A stretch of DNA of 64,000 nucleotides from an uncultured virus (IMG/VR IMGVR_UViG_3300044612_003086) (IMGVR_UViG_3300044612_003086:62001-126000); one strand, 5' to 3'; shown: positions 26,860 to 36,230, counted from the stretch's first letter. The notes: a model not told the origin generated them from the letters alone. A program made the numbers and translations.

Positions 26860-27625
26860 TGGTGGATTTGTCGCTCCAGAGTTTCTATCCCCATCATCAC
26901 TGGGAACGTTCAGGCAGTGTCCGCAAAAATTTAAGTACAGCAAAATAGATGGTCTCCATGACCCAAGTGGCCAAGAAGCAATTCTTGGAAATTTCGTTCA
27001 CGACGTACTTGAAGATTTGTACAAACTTCCGCCAGAACTTAGAACTCTTGAGCAGGCAAAAGACCTTGCTCGCAACCAATGGGCGAATAAATGGTCGGCA
27101 GAAGCTTCGTCGGTAATTCACTCAGAGAAAGAACTCAACAGATTTCGTTGGGCTGCTTGGTGGTGTATTGAGAATCTTTGGCTAATTGAGGACCCGACTA
27201 CCGTTTCTCCTTTTAGTATGGAGTCTTACGTTCGCGGAGATATAGGCGGAGTAAAAATTCATGGATTCATCGACAGGCTAAGCGTTAATGGAAATAGCGC
27301 AAAAGTTAGTGACTACAAAACAGGGAAGACTCCAAAGAAAAATTATCTATCCGACAAATTTTTTCAGTTGATTGTCTACACTCAACTTTTGTCTAGCCTA
27401 GACATAGATGTTGACCAAAAGTCCGTTGAACTCCTCTATTTAAAAGACGGAGTGAAGTTTGAAAAAGATGTTTCACTGGATGACATTAAATCAACCGTTG
27501 AGTCAATTCAATCGACAAAACAGGAAATTGACAAATGTTGTAAGACCGGTGAATTTGTTGCCAATAAATCTATTCTTTGCAATTGGTGTGGCTTCAAGGG
27601 AATCTGCCCTGCGTGGAATAATTAA
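26843..27625 (+). CDS. PD-(D/E)XK RecB/Cas4-like exonuclease with Fe-S Cys motif
   Basis: Start revised to MSLIPDG (26843); LSPSS...CP, G.IDRL, DYKTGK, QL..Y, C..C.....CP. Confidence 0.88.
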   Translation: MSLIPDGGFVAPEFLSPSSLGTFRQCPQKFKYSKIDGLHDPSGQEAILGNFVHDVLEDLYKLPPELRTLEQAKDLARNQWANKWSAEASSVIHSEKELNRFRWAAWWCIENLWLIEDPTTVSPFSMESYVRGDIGGVKIHGFIDRLSVNGNSAKVSDYKTGKTPKKNYLSDKFFQLIVYTQLLSSLDIDVDQKSVELLYLKDGVKFEKDVSLDDIKSTVESIQSTKQEIDKCCKTGEFVANKSILCNWCGFKGICPAWNN

Positions 27626-27643
27626 AAAATCAAGGAGAAGATA

Positions 27644-28156
27644 ATGCAAGTTTTAAACGATGATTCATTTGCAAGAATGGTTGCGGAAGAGGTGAAGAAT
27701 AAGCTCTCCCCAACGCATAAGCAGGTTCTTCTAGAAAAAGAAAACTGGGGAAGATGGAAAGATGCCCTTTTAGCATTGTCCGACAACCTCCAAAATCAAA
27801 TCGACAATATCGAATCAGATGCCGAATCAGACAATCTTCGTTATTCCTCGCTTGGGCCAGCTGGCTCCAAGTTAAGTCGAGAAGCAATATCTTATTACGA
27901 CACGAAAGCAACTCGCGTTAAGCGGTTTAAGTTTCATGTAGACAAGCGTCTTGACGAAGTCATGAACATGATTGAAACCGGCGCAGAAATACAGACCGAT
28001 GGATGGGACCAGGTTGAATTTCTTCGAAGGGCAATCGTCACTCATCGCACCCTTATGCGTTCATTTGACCTTGAAGATACCGCCATCGATAGGGCTCTGT
28101 GGTCTACACTTGACAATAAGTGGCTATTCGATTCCGTCACTAGCGATAATTTGTAA
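27644..28156 (+). CDS. Hypothetical protein
   Basis: 170-aa ORF, strong AGGAG RBS. Confidence 0.8.
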   Translation: MQVLNDDSFARMVAEEVKNKLSPTHKQVLLEKENWGRWKDALLALSDNLQNQIDNIESDAESDNLRYSSLGPAGSKLSREAISYYDTKATRVKRFKFHVDKRLDEVMNMIETGAEIQTDGWDQVEFLRRAIVTHRTLMRSFDLEDTAIDRALWSTLDNKWLFDSVTSDNL

Positions 28157-28220
28157 TAAAGCCACACTTAATGTGCCCAGCAGGGAGATTCACGCTCTAA
28201 ACATGTAATAGGAGATTCGT

Positions 28221-28598
28221 ATGCTTCGTCGTAAAAAGCCATTGAAGCGCACGCCGATAAAGCGTTCAGCAACAAAAGCAAAGCCGCGAAAAGCAATTCG
28301 CAAACGAAGCAAAAAAATGTCTGATACATATGTGGAGCGCCGAAAGCTTGTTGAGAAAGTTCTTCAAGAAAGACCGCTGTGTGAAGCATGCAAAATATTT
28401 GCTACACACGACGGAAAAATAACTTTCAATCACCATCTAAGCAGAGACCTGCATGAAGTTATTCGTCGCTCACAGGGCGGTTCGATTCTGGACGAAGAAA
28501 ATATCCTGGCTGTATGCAGGCCTTGTCACGCAAGAATTAACGCCAACCCGCAGCTTGCATTCGACCTTGGTTTAGCCAAGCATGGATGGGAACGCTAG
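28221..28598 (+). CDS. HNH endonuclease
   Basis: CEAC...DLHE...RSQGG.....N...VCRPCH; AGGAG RBS. Confidence 0.85.
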   Translation: MLRRKKPLKRTPIKRSATKAKPRKAIRKRSKKMSDTYVERRKLVEKVLQERPLCEACKIFATHDGKITFNHHLSRDLHEVIRRSQGGSILDEENILAVCRPCHARINANPQLAFDLGLAKHGWER

Positions 28599-29215
28599 TT
28601 TTCTACAGAACCAATTCTTGGGGCAACCCTTTTGCTTCCTGCCCAGGCATCTCTGAGGGATTCCCCATCATTCGTAGTCACATCTCCGCCATTAAGAAAT
28701 TGTCCGTAACCTCCAGAAACAATAACCAAATCAGCAACACCGAATAGGGCCAGCGTTATTCTCTTGCGACGCCATTTTTCTTCTACGAATATTTGTTGTA
28801 TTTTTGAATCTTGCTTAAACCATTGCAAAAACCCAACACGCTGAGAGCGTCCGAGAAATTTTTTGTTTATTAAGTCACTTTCCATAACTATTGTTCCGGA
28901 TGGGAAATCATCTCCGAATAATGCATAGATAAACATCATTGGTATTGCTGGACCGTTCGGATGTGGACGCGGCGCATCTTTCACTACATACCAAAGAGGA
29001 GGGGTAATCCCGATAATGTCTTCGTCTTTCCAGTTTATGAAAAGATTATTTTCTGAGTCTAGAGACCCATACCAAACCGATTCAGCGCTAGTAGGTTTAT
29101 CTTTAGAAACAACAGTGGAAGGACGCTCAAACTCCTCCGTCGAGAAAGCATGAACTTCCGCCCATCTGTTGTTTAATTTGCCTGATTCCCAAAACCAAAG
29201 TTGCTTAAAAGGCAT
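28595..29215 (-). CDS. Possible GNAT-like acetyltransferase
   Basis: IQQIFVEEKWRRKRITLAL resembles GNAT motif A (V...RR.GIA..L); T.DG downstream. Confidence 0.5.
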   Translation of the reverse strand: MPFKQLWFWESGKLNNRWAEVHAFSTEEFERPSTVVSKDKPTSAESVWYGSLDSENNLFINWKDEDIIGITPPLWYVVKDAPRPHPNGPAIPMMFIYALFGDDFPSGTIVMESDLINKKFLGRSQRVGFLQWFKQDSKIQQIFVEEKWRRKRITLALFGVADLVIVSGGYGQFLNGGDVTTNDGESLRDAWAGSKRVAPRIGSVEN

Positions 29216-29224
29216 TAGGCTAGG

Positions 29225-29917
29225 TTAGTCGTTCCACCAATCAACCCATGGCTTTTGTGTAGCAGAAACAGCATCTTCACCAGACATACCAGTGTATGCA
29301 ATCGAGATGATGACCTTTGCGTCATTCTCGTAGTCGTCCCAGTTGCCATCGACGTTGTAGACGAACATCTGGAGGAATTCGTCGGTATTCATAACCGCAG
29401 CATCTGCGAGGTACGTCCGTTCATTCCACTCTTCTTCGCTCCAATTGGAGTTTGTAGCGCGTGATTTTTCAATAGGTGATGCAGCAGTACTTCTAAGGCT
29501 CATTGCATTTCCTCCGAAACCGCCACCCTCTGTGCAGAATGCACCAATTCTTCCAGCGGCATCGTCTGGATTGCCAAGCCACATTGTTGGCTTAAGTTCT
29601 TCGTTTATGCTCTGGCTGTAGCCAAGGTCTTCAAATGCGTACAATATGTCGTTTGGGTTGTCGTAAATGCTGTGTTGAGTCTTGGAATTCTTTGCTTTAT
29701 AAGCCGCAAGAGCCAAAACTCTGTCAGTTGTCTCAATGTCCAAAGTTGTCTCATCACCCTGCCAGAAACCAGCCGTGTTGCCGTAAATCGCTTGTGTGGT
29801 GAACCAGATTGATACAATCTTGACTCTGAATGGGAATGACACATTCAAAAAAGATGGGTCGCTGATTTTTACGGTCCAATCGTAGTTAACTATGGATGGT
29901 GCGATAATTCCGGACAT
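29225..29917 (-). CDS. Hypothetical protein
   Basis: 230-aa ORF with AGGAG RBS. Confidence 0.75.
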   Translation of the reverse strand: MSGIIAPSIVNYDWTVKISDPSFLNVSFPFRVKIVSIWFTTQAIYGNTAGFWQGDETTLDIETTDRVLALAAYKAKNSKTQHSIYDNPNDILYAFEDLGYSQSINEELKPTMWLGNPDDAAGRIGAFCTEGGGFGGNAMSLRSTAASPIEKSRATNSNWSEEEWNERTYLADAAVMNTDEFLQMFVYNVDGNWDDYENDAKVIISIAYTGMSGEDAVSATQKPWVDWWND

Positions 29918-30017
29918 GTTTTCTCCTTCGAGTAGTTAAACAGCTTACTACAGATATTCTTTTTTAAAAGTTTATTATTAACACTTTCAGTATTTATTAC
30001 GGGTGTAATGTAGTAAT

Positions 30018-30085
30018 CCTTAGGACCGTTATAGGTGCGAGGGCCGGGTGCACAGGGCAACGTGCGGCACCCGGTTCTTGCATGT
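30018..30085 (+). ncRNA. Candidate small structured RNA (16-bp GC-rich stem with three G.U pairs)
   Basis: 30036-30051 pairs with 30067-30082; G.U pairs work only on the + strand; TAATGT -10-like box at 30006-30011. Confidence 0.45.
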
Positions 30086-30154
30086 TCAAAATTAAACAAA
30101 TTAATTTTTAATTGGTTTACTAATCAGTATTTATTTTTAGTGTTACGATTTTTT

Positions 30155-30304
30155 CATCTAGCCAACATCTACTCTTAGCGAGAGAAAGGCAGGTGGTCAA
30201 AGGTCTAGTAGCGCGAGCTACGGCAAAACTACGCCAGACGTAAAACCACCAGCGCCAGTAGCACCCGCCGGACAGGCTAGAAGTTCGGCGGGTCTTTGCT
30301 TTTT
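30155..30304 (+). ncRNA. Candidate ~150-nt multibranch ncRNA
   Basis: Extended -10 TGTTACGAT (30141-30149); nested helices CTACT/AGTAG, GGC/GCC, GGTGGT/ACCACC, GTCT/AGAC, GTAGC-GCGA-GCTAC; ends in a terminator. Confidence 0.6.
30263..30304 (+). terminator. Intrinsic terminator
   Basis: ACCCGCCG(GAC)...(GTT)CGGCGGGT stem followed by CTTTGCTTTTT. Confidence 0.7.
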
Positions 30305-30321
30305 AGGTTAATGTCTACTAA

Positions 30322-30858
30322 GTGAATATTCTTTCGCTCGACTTATCCCTAACGTCCACTGGTTATTGCCACAATGGCGAAACCGGAGTTATATCTGTCG
30401 ACAAAACTGGACCGCATCGTTTGTGGTTGATAAAACGCAAAGTTGAAGACCTAATCATTGAATTCTCGATTGACGTTGTTGCCATGGAGGGGTATTCGTT
30501 TGCTTCCAGGAATTCTCAGGCACATTCAATTGGTGAACTTGGTGGTGTGATTCGTCTCTTGCTTTGGGAATTGGGCAGGCCAGTAGTCGTGATTCCCCCA
30601 ACATGTAGAGCAAAATTTGCAACAGGAAAAGGCAATGCTTCTAAAAATGAAGTAATTTCTTCCATATCTGCAAAAACAGGACTAGTGTGGTCAAACCCTG
30701 GTGCAGATGATAAATGCGACGCTTGGATTATGGAAGAGATGGTTCTGGCTCGCCTTGGGAGTCCTAGATTTGACTGGCCAGCCACGCACGTATCTGGTCT
30801 AGAGAAAGTAGATTGGACGCTACTAAATGCCTACATTGAACAGCTTGGAGAGAAATGA
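30322..30858 (+). CDS. ruvC: RuvC-like Holliday junction resolvase
   Basis: LSLDLSLTSTG, VAMEGY, ELGG, KFATGKGNASK, DD..DA. Confidence 0.88.
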   Translation: MNILSLDLSLTSTGYCHNGETGVISVDKTGPHRLWLIKRKVEDLIIEFSIDVVAMEGYSFASRNSQAHSIGELGGVIRLLLWELGRPVVVIPPTCRAKFATGKGNASKNEVISSISAKTGLVWSNPGADDKCDAWIMEEMVLARLGSPRFDWPATHVSGLEKVDWTLLNAYIEQLGEK

Positions 30859-31190
30859 GAAATAACCCAATAAGCCAAGTCGAGATTGAACAAGAGCTGC
30901 TTCGCTTGATGGACAAGCTCGAGACCGAAACTGAGCAGTTCGAAACGCTCGCAATGGATTGTGCAAAAAAAGAAGCGCTTTATAAGTCAAATTGGGCCAA
31001 GGAATATCTTTCTGCTAAAGGCTCAATCAAAGAGCGTGAAGCATGGGCTGATTACAAAATGGACCAGCAGAATTTCGAGTACAAGTGTGCCGAGGCGCTG
31101 GTGAAGTCAAAGCGTGAGTCGCTTCTGTCTATTCGTGCTTCAATGGATGCAATCCGAACACTCAATGCAAATGTCAGGACACAGGTTTAA
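30855..31190 (+). CDS. Hypothetical coiled-coil protein
   Basis: 111-aa ORF, ATGA overlap with ruvC, GGAG RBS. Confidence 0.75.
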   Translation: MRNNPISQVEIEQELLRLMDKLETETEQFETLAMDCAKKEALYKSNWAKEYLSAKGSIKEREAWADYKMDQQNFEYKCAEALVKSKRESLLSIRASMDAIRTLNANVRTQV

Positions 31191-31193
31191 CTT

Positions 31194-32042
31194 ATGGCTA
31201 ATGGAATACATGAATCGCTTCTTTCGCTTGCGGTAGATATCGACACGCTTTTCCCGCTTGACAACAATCCGCGGCGAGGCAATGTTGAAGCAATCATGTC
31301 GTCGTATGCAGAATTTGGCCAAATCAAACCTATCGTTGTGCGCCCAAACGGAGATGGAACATCAACCGTTATTGCGGGAAATCATCAATTTGAAGCCGCA
31401 AAGCGTCTCGGGTGGGACAAGATTGCAGCAGTTGAATATGATGTGGACGACAAGCGAGCAATTGCATTCGCATTAGCAGACAACAGAACCATGGAGCTCG
31501 GATATACCGAGCCAGAATTGCTTAATGATTTTGTCTTAGAAATTAGTGATTACTACCCAGAGTTAATGGATGGACTTGGCTGGGATGAATTTGATATTGC
31601 TGAAATAGAACAAAAATCGATACGTGAAAACCACCAGGTGGTTGACAGCGGAGAATATAGGCCACCTGTAATCGTCAATCCAAATGCGTCGTTTGATAAT
31701 CCAGATGATTTGGTTGATGATGAAGAAGATTCTCCAGCATCAATCCAGCCAAGACAATCTGTAGACATGAATACAGTAGAGGTAACCAAAACACGAGATG
31801 GTCAGCATCTTTCAGCAAAGGGCGGGGTAGACCAGCGCGATGCTGCTATTCGCGGTTCAACCACTGTTTCACCCTCGTCTGCTCCGCAGGCAGTTGTTCA
31901 GTACACACTTGTTTTTGATTCACCACAACAGCAATCTCGTTGGTATGACTTCATTAGGTGGTTGCGCTCTGACCCAGGTATAGATGGCTCAACAACGGCA
32001 GAAAGACTGATGAACTTCATTGATGAACACTGCGAGATTTGA
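31194..32042 (+). CDS. ParB-like N-terminal domain protein
   Basis: NPRRGNVEAI..S...FGQ.KPIVV...VIAGNH...AAK.LGW...ALADNRT. Confidence 0.88.
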   Translation: MANGIHESLLSLAVDIDTLFPLDNNPRRGNVEAIMSSYAEFGQIKPIVVRPNGDGTSTVIAGNHQFEAAKRLGWDKIAAVEYDVDDKRAIAFALADNRTMELGYTEPELLNDFVLEISDYYPELMDGLGWDEFDIAEIEQKSIRENHQVVDSGEYRPPVIVNPNASFDNPDDLVDDEEDSPASIQPRQSVDMNTVEVTKTRDGQHLSAKGGVDQRDAAIRGSTTVSPSSAPQAVVQYTLVFDSPQQQSRWYDFIRWLRSDPGIDGSTTAERLMNFIDEHCEI

Positions 32043-32051
32043 TAGTTAATA

Positions 32052-33194
32052 ATGACTAGACAGCGACTCTTTTTGGATATGAGCTGTGTTGATGCAGCAC
32101 GTGAACGCATTCGTCACGTATACGACACGTTCGACACCGTTTGTGTGCAGTTCTCCGGAGGAAAAGACTCAACAGCGGTTCTGTATCTTGCAAAAGAAAT
32201 CCACGAAGAGCGCGGGCTTGGTCCAGTGAAGGTGATTTTTCGTGACGAAGAAATGGTTAGTCCTGCAGTAGTCAAATATGTAGAACAAGTTCGAAATTAT
32301 GACTGGGTCGATATGGAGTGGTATTGCTTACCATATCCAGCAGAAGTTTGGGTTCTTGGGCACAGAATAACGACGCTGCTATGGAGTGACCAGAGACGAA
32401 AACAGGACCGTCTTGTCAGGGAGATTCCACCATGGGCAATTACTGGAAAACACTTTGGGTTGAATCACGATGTATCGCTGCCAGAGCAGACCGATTACTA
32501 CACAATGCAGGGAAAGAAGGGAAACGTTGCTTTTCTAACTGGGGTTCGCGCCAGCGAATCAATGGTTCGTTACCGCTCAATTGTCCAAAAGCTTCATGAA
32601 AATTACATCGTTACGCCATACAAACTGAAGCGCGGCATACCACTAAAGTTTGCAAAAATAATTTATGACTGGAACACAAACGATGTATTTAAATTTATAA
32701 TCGAGGAACACGGCGCAGATTACTGTGAATACTATGACCTAGCTGTTGCTACGGGTAGCAACACAAGAATAGGAATACCGCTACACGCCACGGCAATCAG
32801 ACGGATAGGTGATGTGATTGCAACAGAGCCAGAGTTCTACGACCGTCTTTATGAATGCTTCCCATACATTGATGCTCAGCGTAGAGTGTGGCCGGAGTAC
32901 GACGTAGAAAAAGTTATCGCCTCTTATGCCAAAGACGGATTTGCTGGTGCCTCGGCCTTTATTGATAAATACCTAGTTGGCTCACGCAGGCAGATGGAGG
33001 CGCGAGTCTTCGTTTCTAAGTTTCGCAAAAAACACCTAACCGACCCGCATGGTTACCCGGTTGCTTGGCTCATAAGGAACTTGATGCTTAACGAAATTGA
33101 CGTAAACTCACCAACACCAGTCGGGCCAAGAACAAAAGCCCACACCATACGAACAGCGGAGCTAGAACAGGAACTTTACGGCGATGGCTATTAA
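32052..33194 (+). CDS. PAPS-reductase-family PP-loop protein (IbrA/DUF3440-like)
   Basis: AARERI...FD...V.FSGGKDS, F.DEE, GVRASES..R, IYDW...DV. Confidence 0.88.
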   Translation: MTRQRLFLDMSCVDAARERIRHVYDTFDTVCVQFSGGKDSTAVLYLAKEIHEERGLGPVKVIFRDEEMVSPAVVKYVEQVRNYDWVDMEWYCLPYPAEVWVLGHRITTLLWSDQRRKQDRLVREIPPWAITGKHFGLNHDVSLPEQTDYYTMQGKKGNVAFLTGVRASESMVRYRSIVQKLHENYIVTPYKLKRGIPLKFAKIIYDWNTNDVFKFIIEEHGADYCEYYDLAVATGSNTRIGIPLHATAIRRIGDVIATEPEFYDRLYECFPYIDAQRRVWPEYDVEKVIASYAKDGFAGASAFIDKYLVGSRRQMEARVFVSKFRKKHLTDPHGYPVAWLIRNLMLNEIDVNSPTPVGPRTKAHTIRTAELEQELYGDGY

Positions 33195-33741
33195 TATTGA
33201 ATATGTAGATATGGACTTGCTCGTGGTTCCAAGTTGGCGCGCAACATATGTCCTCAGACCAGAACTTCTTATCATTTCTGGCTCACTTATGGAGTTTGGT
33301 TTCATTCAACCAATTCATGTAAGGCGCTCGTCTAATGAAATAATTGATGGTTCTGAAAGATTTCTTCTTGCAAGCAATATTGACGATATATATGAACAAC
33401 TTGACGGAAAGATTCCAGTTGTTTTTCATGACGTTAACCAAATAGATGCAATGATTATGCATTTGCGCCTTAATCGTGGGCGCTCAACTGTTGTGGCTGC
33501 AAAAACATCGGAAATAATTAGAAAAGCAAAACGCTCCGGAGACTACAGAGATAGCGACTTTAATGAGTTACTTTCAATGAGAAACGAAGAGCTTTCATTA
33601 ATGCTTGACGGAAGTGTCCTAAAAGCAAGGAAAATAAAAGAACATAATTACGCCAAAGCATGGGTTCCAATAGAGGCTCCATCGTCTCTTCCGGTATCGG
33701 ACAAGATGGTTATTGAATCTCCGCCAAATCCTGACAGATAA
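33184..33741 (+). CDS. ParB-like protein (IbrB-like)
   Basis: SL.EFGFIQPI.V....EIIDG..R...LNRGR...AWVP; follows the IbrA-like gene. Confidence 0.75.
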   Translation: MAINIEYVDMDLLVVPSWRATYVLRPELLIISGSLMEFGFIQPIHVRRSSNEIIDGSERFLLASNIDDIYEQLDGKIPVVFHDVNQIDAMIMHLRLNRGRSTVVAAKTSEIIRKAKRSGDYRDSDFNELLSMRNEELSLMLDGSVLKARKIKEHNYAKAWVPIEAPSSLPVSDKMVIESPPNPDR

Positions 33742-33755
33742 AGAACATTTTTTTC

Positions 33756-33764
33756 TGCTATATT
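33756..33764 (+). promoter_or_regulatory. Extended -10 promoter (TGCTATATT)
   Basis: TGnTAnnnT in an intergenic gap; the same form occurs at 30141, 35038, 39004 and 51224. Confidence 0.5.
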
Positions 33765-33786
33765 TTTATAGAGCTTAAGGAGCAAC

Positions 33787-34596
33787 ATGCCTGGTGTACG
33801 GTACGGCCCTGACATTTCTGATGACGCCGCATATATTCTGAATCAAATTGTCAGCCTCCAAGATGTCGAGGCTGACCTCAAGCGTCGTGGGCGAAAACTT
33901 AACGACCGTGACTCGAAGACTTTGGCACGAAACGTAAAAGCAGCTCAAACATTTTTTGGTGTAAGTGCTGCAGACATAAAGAAACGAAAATTCGGTGACA
34001 TGGGAACACTGGCTCAGTATTCCATGGAGGGAATCAATCTCTCTCGCCGCAAGAGGGGGGCCAACGGTAAATGGGTTTACACAAAATCGAAGCGTGTAAA
34101 ACTTGCAAAAGACAAAGATGGAATTGCGAAACGTACAGTTGCTGAAGAGCACGTAAAATACAGAGGAGCGAATCCAGGCCGCACGTTTATTAGTGCTAGC
34201 GAGGACAAGGCAATTCGCAAAAAACTTGACCCAGTTGGTGGTGGAACATACCTTGGAAGGACGAGTCCAAGAAAATTTATGGATGCGCAAAAACGCTTCT
34301 ATGACCGGATGTCAAAAAAAGGCGCAGTATCTTACGGTAACCAACCGGCAAGAAAAATACGCGGTCAGGACGACCTGGATAAAGTCAATATAGCCAAGCA
34401 ATATGGCAAAAGCATCCGTCCAAGAATGACAACCTCACGTCCTGGCGGAAGAAGAAAAGCGACCCCAAAGACTCCAGCTCAGTTGAAGCGTGAAAAGACG
34501 ATTGCAAATGCTGGTCGACGTAGTGGGACTATGAGTACGGCCAAGAAAGCACGTGGGGCAAAAAAGCCAACGAAGCCGCGCAAACGGGCTAAGTAA
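33787..34596 (+). CDS. Highly basic K/R-rich protein (possible DNA-binding/core protein)
   Basis: 269-aa ORF, AAGGAG RBS, histone-like basic C-terminus. Confidence 0.75.
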   Translation: MPGVRYGPDISDDAAYILNQIVSLQDVEADLKRRGRKLNDRDSKTLARNVKAAQTFFGVSAADIKKRKFGDMGTLAQYSMEGINLSRRKRGANGKWVYTKSKRVKLAKDKDGIAKRTVAEEHVKYRGANPGRTFISASEDKAIRKKLDPVGGGTYLGRTSPRKFMDAQKRFYDRMSKKGAVSYGNQPARKIRGQDDLDKVNIAKQYGKSIRPRMTTSRPGGRRKATPKTPAQLKREKTIANAGRRSGTMSTAKKARGAKKPTKPRKRAK

Positions 34597-34601
34597 TTTA
34601 C

Positions 34602-34991
34602 CTAGCTAGTAAAAATTGATTCCCAATCGCCAAGGTCTACTTCTGCGCCATCACTCGTTGTTTCGTCAATGTCATCTTCATAATAGGCTTCACCCTCTTC
34701 ACCGATACTTTTCTCCATCAGCATTTGTTTAACGCTTTCAACTGGAGAAATTTCAGCCAGAATTTTTCCATCTTTTGTTTCGCCGACGATTCTCATATTG
34801 AGAGAACCCATGCACAAAACGGCAATATCCCAAACGAAGAGCACGAACTCTTCGAGTTGCTCTTCATTCTCTAGTTCTTCATTTTCCTCGAAAAAATAGT
34901 AAAGAATTTCAGATACATGGTTGATTATGTCAACAACATGTTCTTTTTGTTTTTCCTTAGGAATTCGAACAATTTTTGCTTCCTCGGCCAT
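34602..34991 (-). CDS. Small acidic hypothetical protein
   Basis: 129-aa ORF preceded by TGCTAGCTT + 6 nt (leaderless-type start). Confidence 0.7.
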   Translation of the reverse strand: MAEEAKIVRIPKEKQKEHVVDIINHVSEILYYFFEENEELENEEQLEEFVLFVWDIAVLCMGSLNMRIVGETKDGKILAEISPVESVKQMLMEKSIGEEGEAYYEDDIDETTSDGAEVDLGDWESIFTS

Positions 34992-35037
34992 ACCCAGAAG
35001 CTAGCACATAGTGTTGGCAAGGGGGATACGTGTTTAA

Positions 35038-35046
35038 TGTTAAAAT
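35038..35046 (+). promoter_or_regulatory. Extended -10 promoter (TGTTAAAAT) for the neck/tail operon
   Basis: Near-consensus TGn-TAAAAT upstream of the adaptor gene. Confidence 0.5.
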
Positions 35047-35088
35047 TTAATATCAGCAATTTATTGCATCATTTGACGAGAGGCCGAA

Positions 35089-35733
35089 ATGCTCGCATCT
35101 ATTTTTGACATCAAAACATATATGGACATCTCGCTTACTGCGAGGCAAGAAGACGCCGCGACAATGATTCTTGCCGGACTGCAGAGCGAGCTTGAGGGCT
35201 ATCTAAAAAGACCGATTGAAGTTTCCGAATACACGGAAGAACATCGTCTCACTTCGTCTCACACCGGAATTCCGATGAGCACATTCCTTACAGCAAACGA
35301 TAATACGTATAACTACGGTTTCGAAAGCAGTCCAAAATACGACATGACCACATGGGCTTCTCCACCCCCAGCAATTTATTTTAAAAATACACCAATATCG
35401 TCAATTACGGAAATAAAAGTAAAACCGCTATTTGGTGAAGAGCGAGTTCTTGAAGAAGAGACAGACTATGTAACTCGCCCATATGGGGTTGACTATTATT
35501 ACGGATACGCAGACGATTTGGTCACAGTAACGTACGAAGCGGGATTGGACGGCTCAACAATTCCGGTGTTTAAGTTAATGATTTTGCGTGCCGCCAGCAG
35601 AGAGATGCAAAATATGCACGATGACGTAGTATCCGTTAAAGACCTAAACACGAGGAACACCGGGCCACTGGTTACTGGATTCCTTGATTCTGAACTTATG
35701 GCAGTAAGAAAATACCGCAGAGTAAGGGTTTAA
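35089..35733 (+). CDS. Head-tail adaptor/connector
   Basis: D.KTY...E.YL.R...VTVTYEAG...P...K.MIL...KYRR pattern; synteny. Confidence 0.75.
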   Translation: MLASIFDIKTYMDISLTARQEDAATMILAGLQSELEGYLKRPIEVSEYTEEHRLTSSHTGIPMSTFLTANDNTYNYGFESSPKYDMTTWASPPPAIYFKNTPISSITEIKVKPLFGEERVLEEETDYVTRPYGVDYYYGYADDLVTVTYEAGLDGSTIPVFKLMILRAASREMQNMHDDVVSVKDLNTRNTGPLVTGFLDSELMAVRKYRRVRV

Positions 35734-36230
35734 TGGTGGGCGGAGCTGTCCAATACAAAGTAATCATCAGAATAGATATTGATGAGGCAAAAGACAGGCT
35801 CGACAACATGCTTGACCGCATGAACGATTTCGGTCCAATTCTAAGACACGCTGGAGAAAAGCTCGAGCGCGTTTACTCTGAAAACTTTACGACCATGGGA
35901 GCAATGTCCGCAAAAGCAATGCTTCGCGGTGCCTGGCCACCGCTTGACCCACAGTACGCAGCATGGAAAGCAATGAGATATCCAGGCGCCCCACCATTGG
36001 TGCAGACCGGAGAATTGTTTCGCAGCGTATCCAACTTAACCAAAGGTCCAGTAAATTCAATAAGTGACCACGAAGCAGTATTTGGTGTTGTTGGAAAAAT
36101 TCCAAAGTTCCATCAATACGGAACTGAAAACATGCCAGCTAGAAAAATAATTTTTGTTCCCAAAGATTTTGACAGAGATATGGGTAAAGCTGTCGCTCGC
36201 TATGTCACCGAGGGAAGCAAAATTATATGA
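35733..36230 (+). CDS. Virion morphogenesis / neck protein (Mu gpG-like)
   Basis: W.PL.P.Y..WK...PLVQTG.L..S...FHQYGT..MPAR. Confidence 0.8.
   Translation: MVGGAVQYKVIIRIDIDEAKDRLDNMLDRMNDFGPILRHAGEKLERVYSENFTTMGAMSAKAMLRGAWPPLDPQYAAWKAMRYPGAPPLVQTGELFRSVSNLTKGPVNSISDHEAVFGVVGKIPKFHQYGTENMPARKIIFVPKDFDRDMGKAVARYVTEGSKII

Noticed and set aside
26843..27625. Cas4-like nuclease as a sign of CRISPR-Cas
   Set aside because: No repeat-spacer array or other cas genes seen; context is a Rad52 recombination module
30049..30066. GCACAGGGCAA resembles the start of a c-di-GMP-I riboswitch
   Set aside because: The downstream P2 GNRA hairpin and P3 elements are absent
29918..30321. tRNA genes in the largest intergenic gap
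   Set aside because: No cloverleaf with T-loop/D-loop consensus could be built
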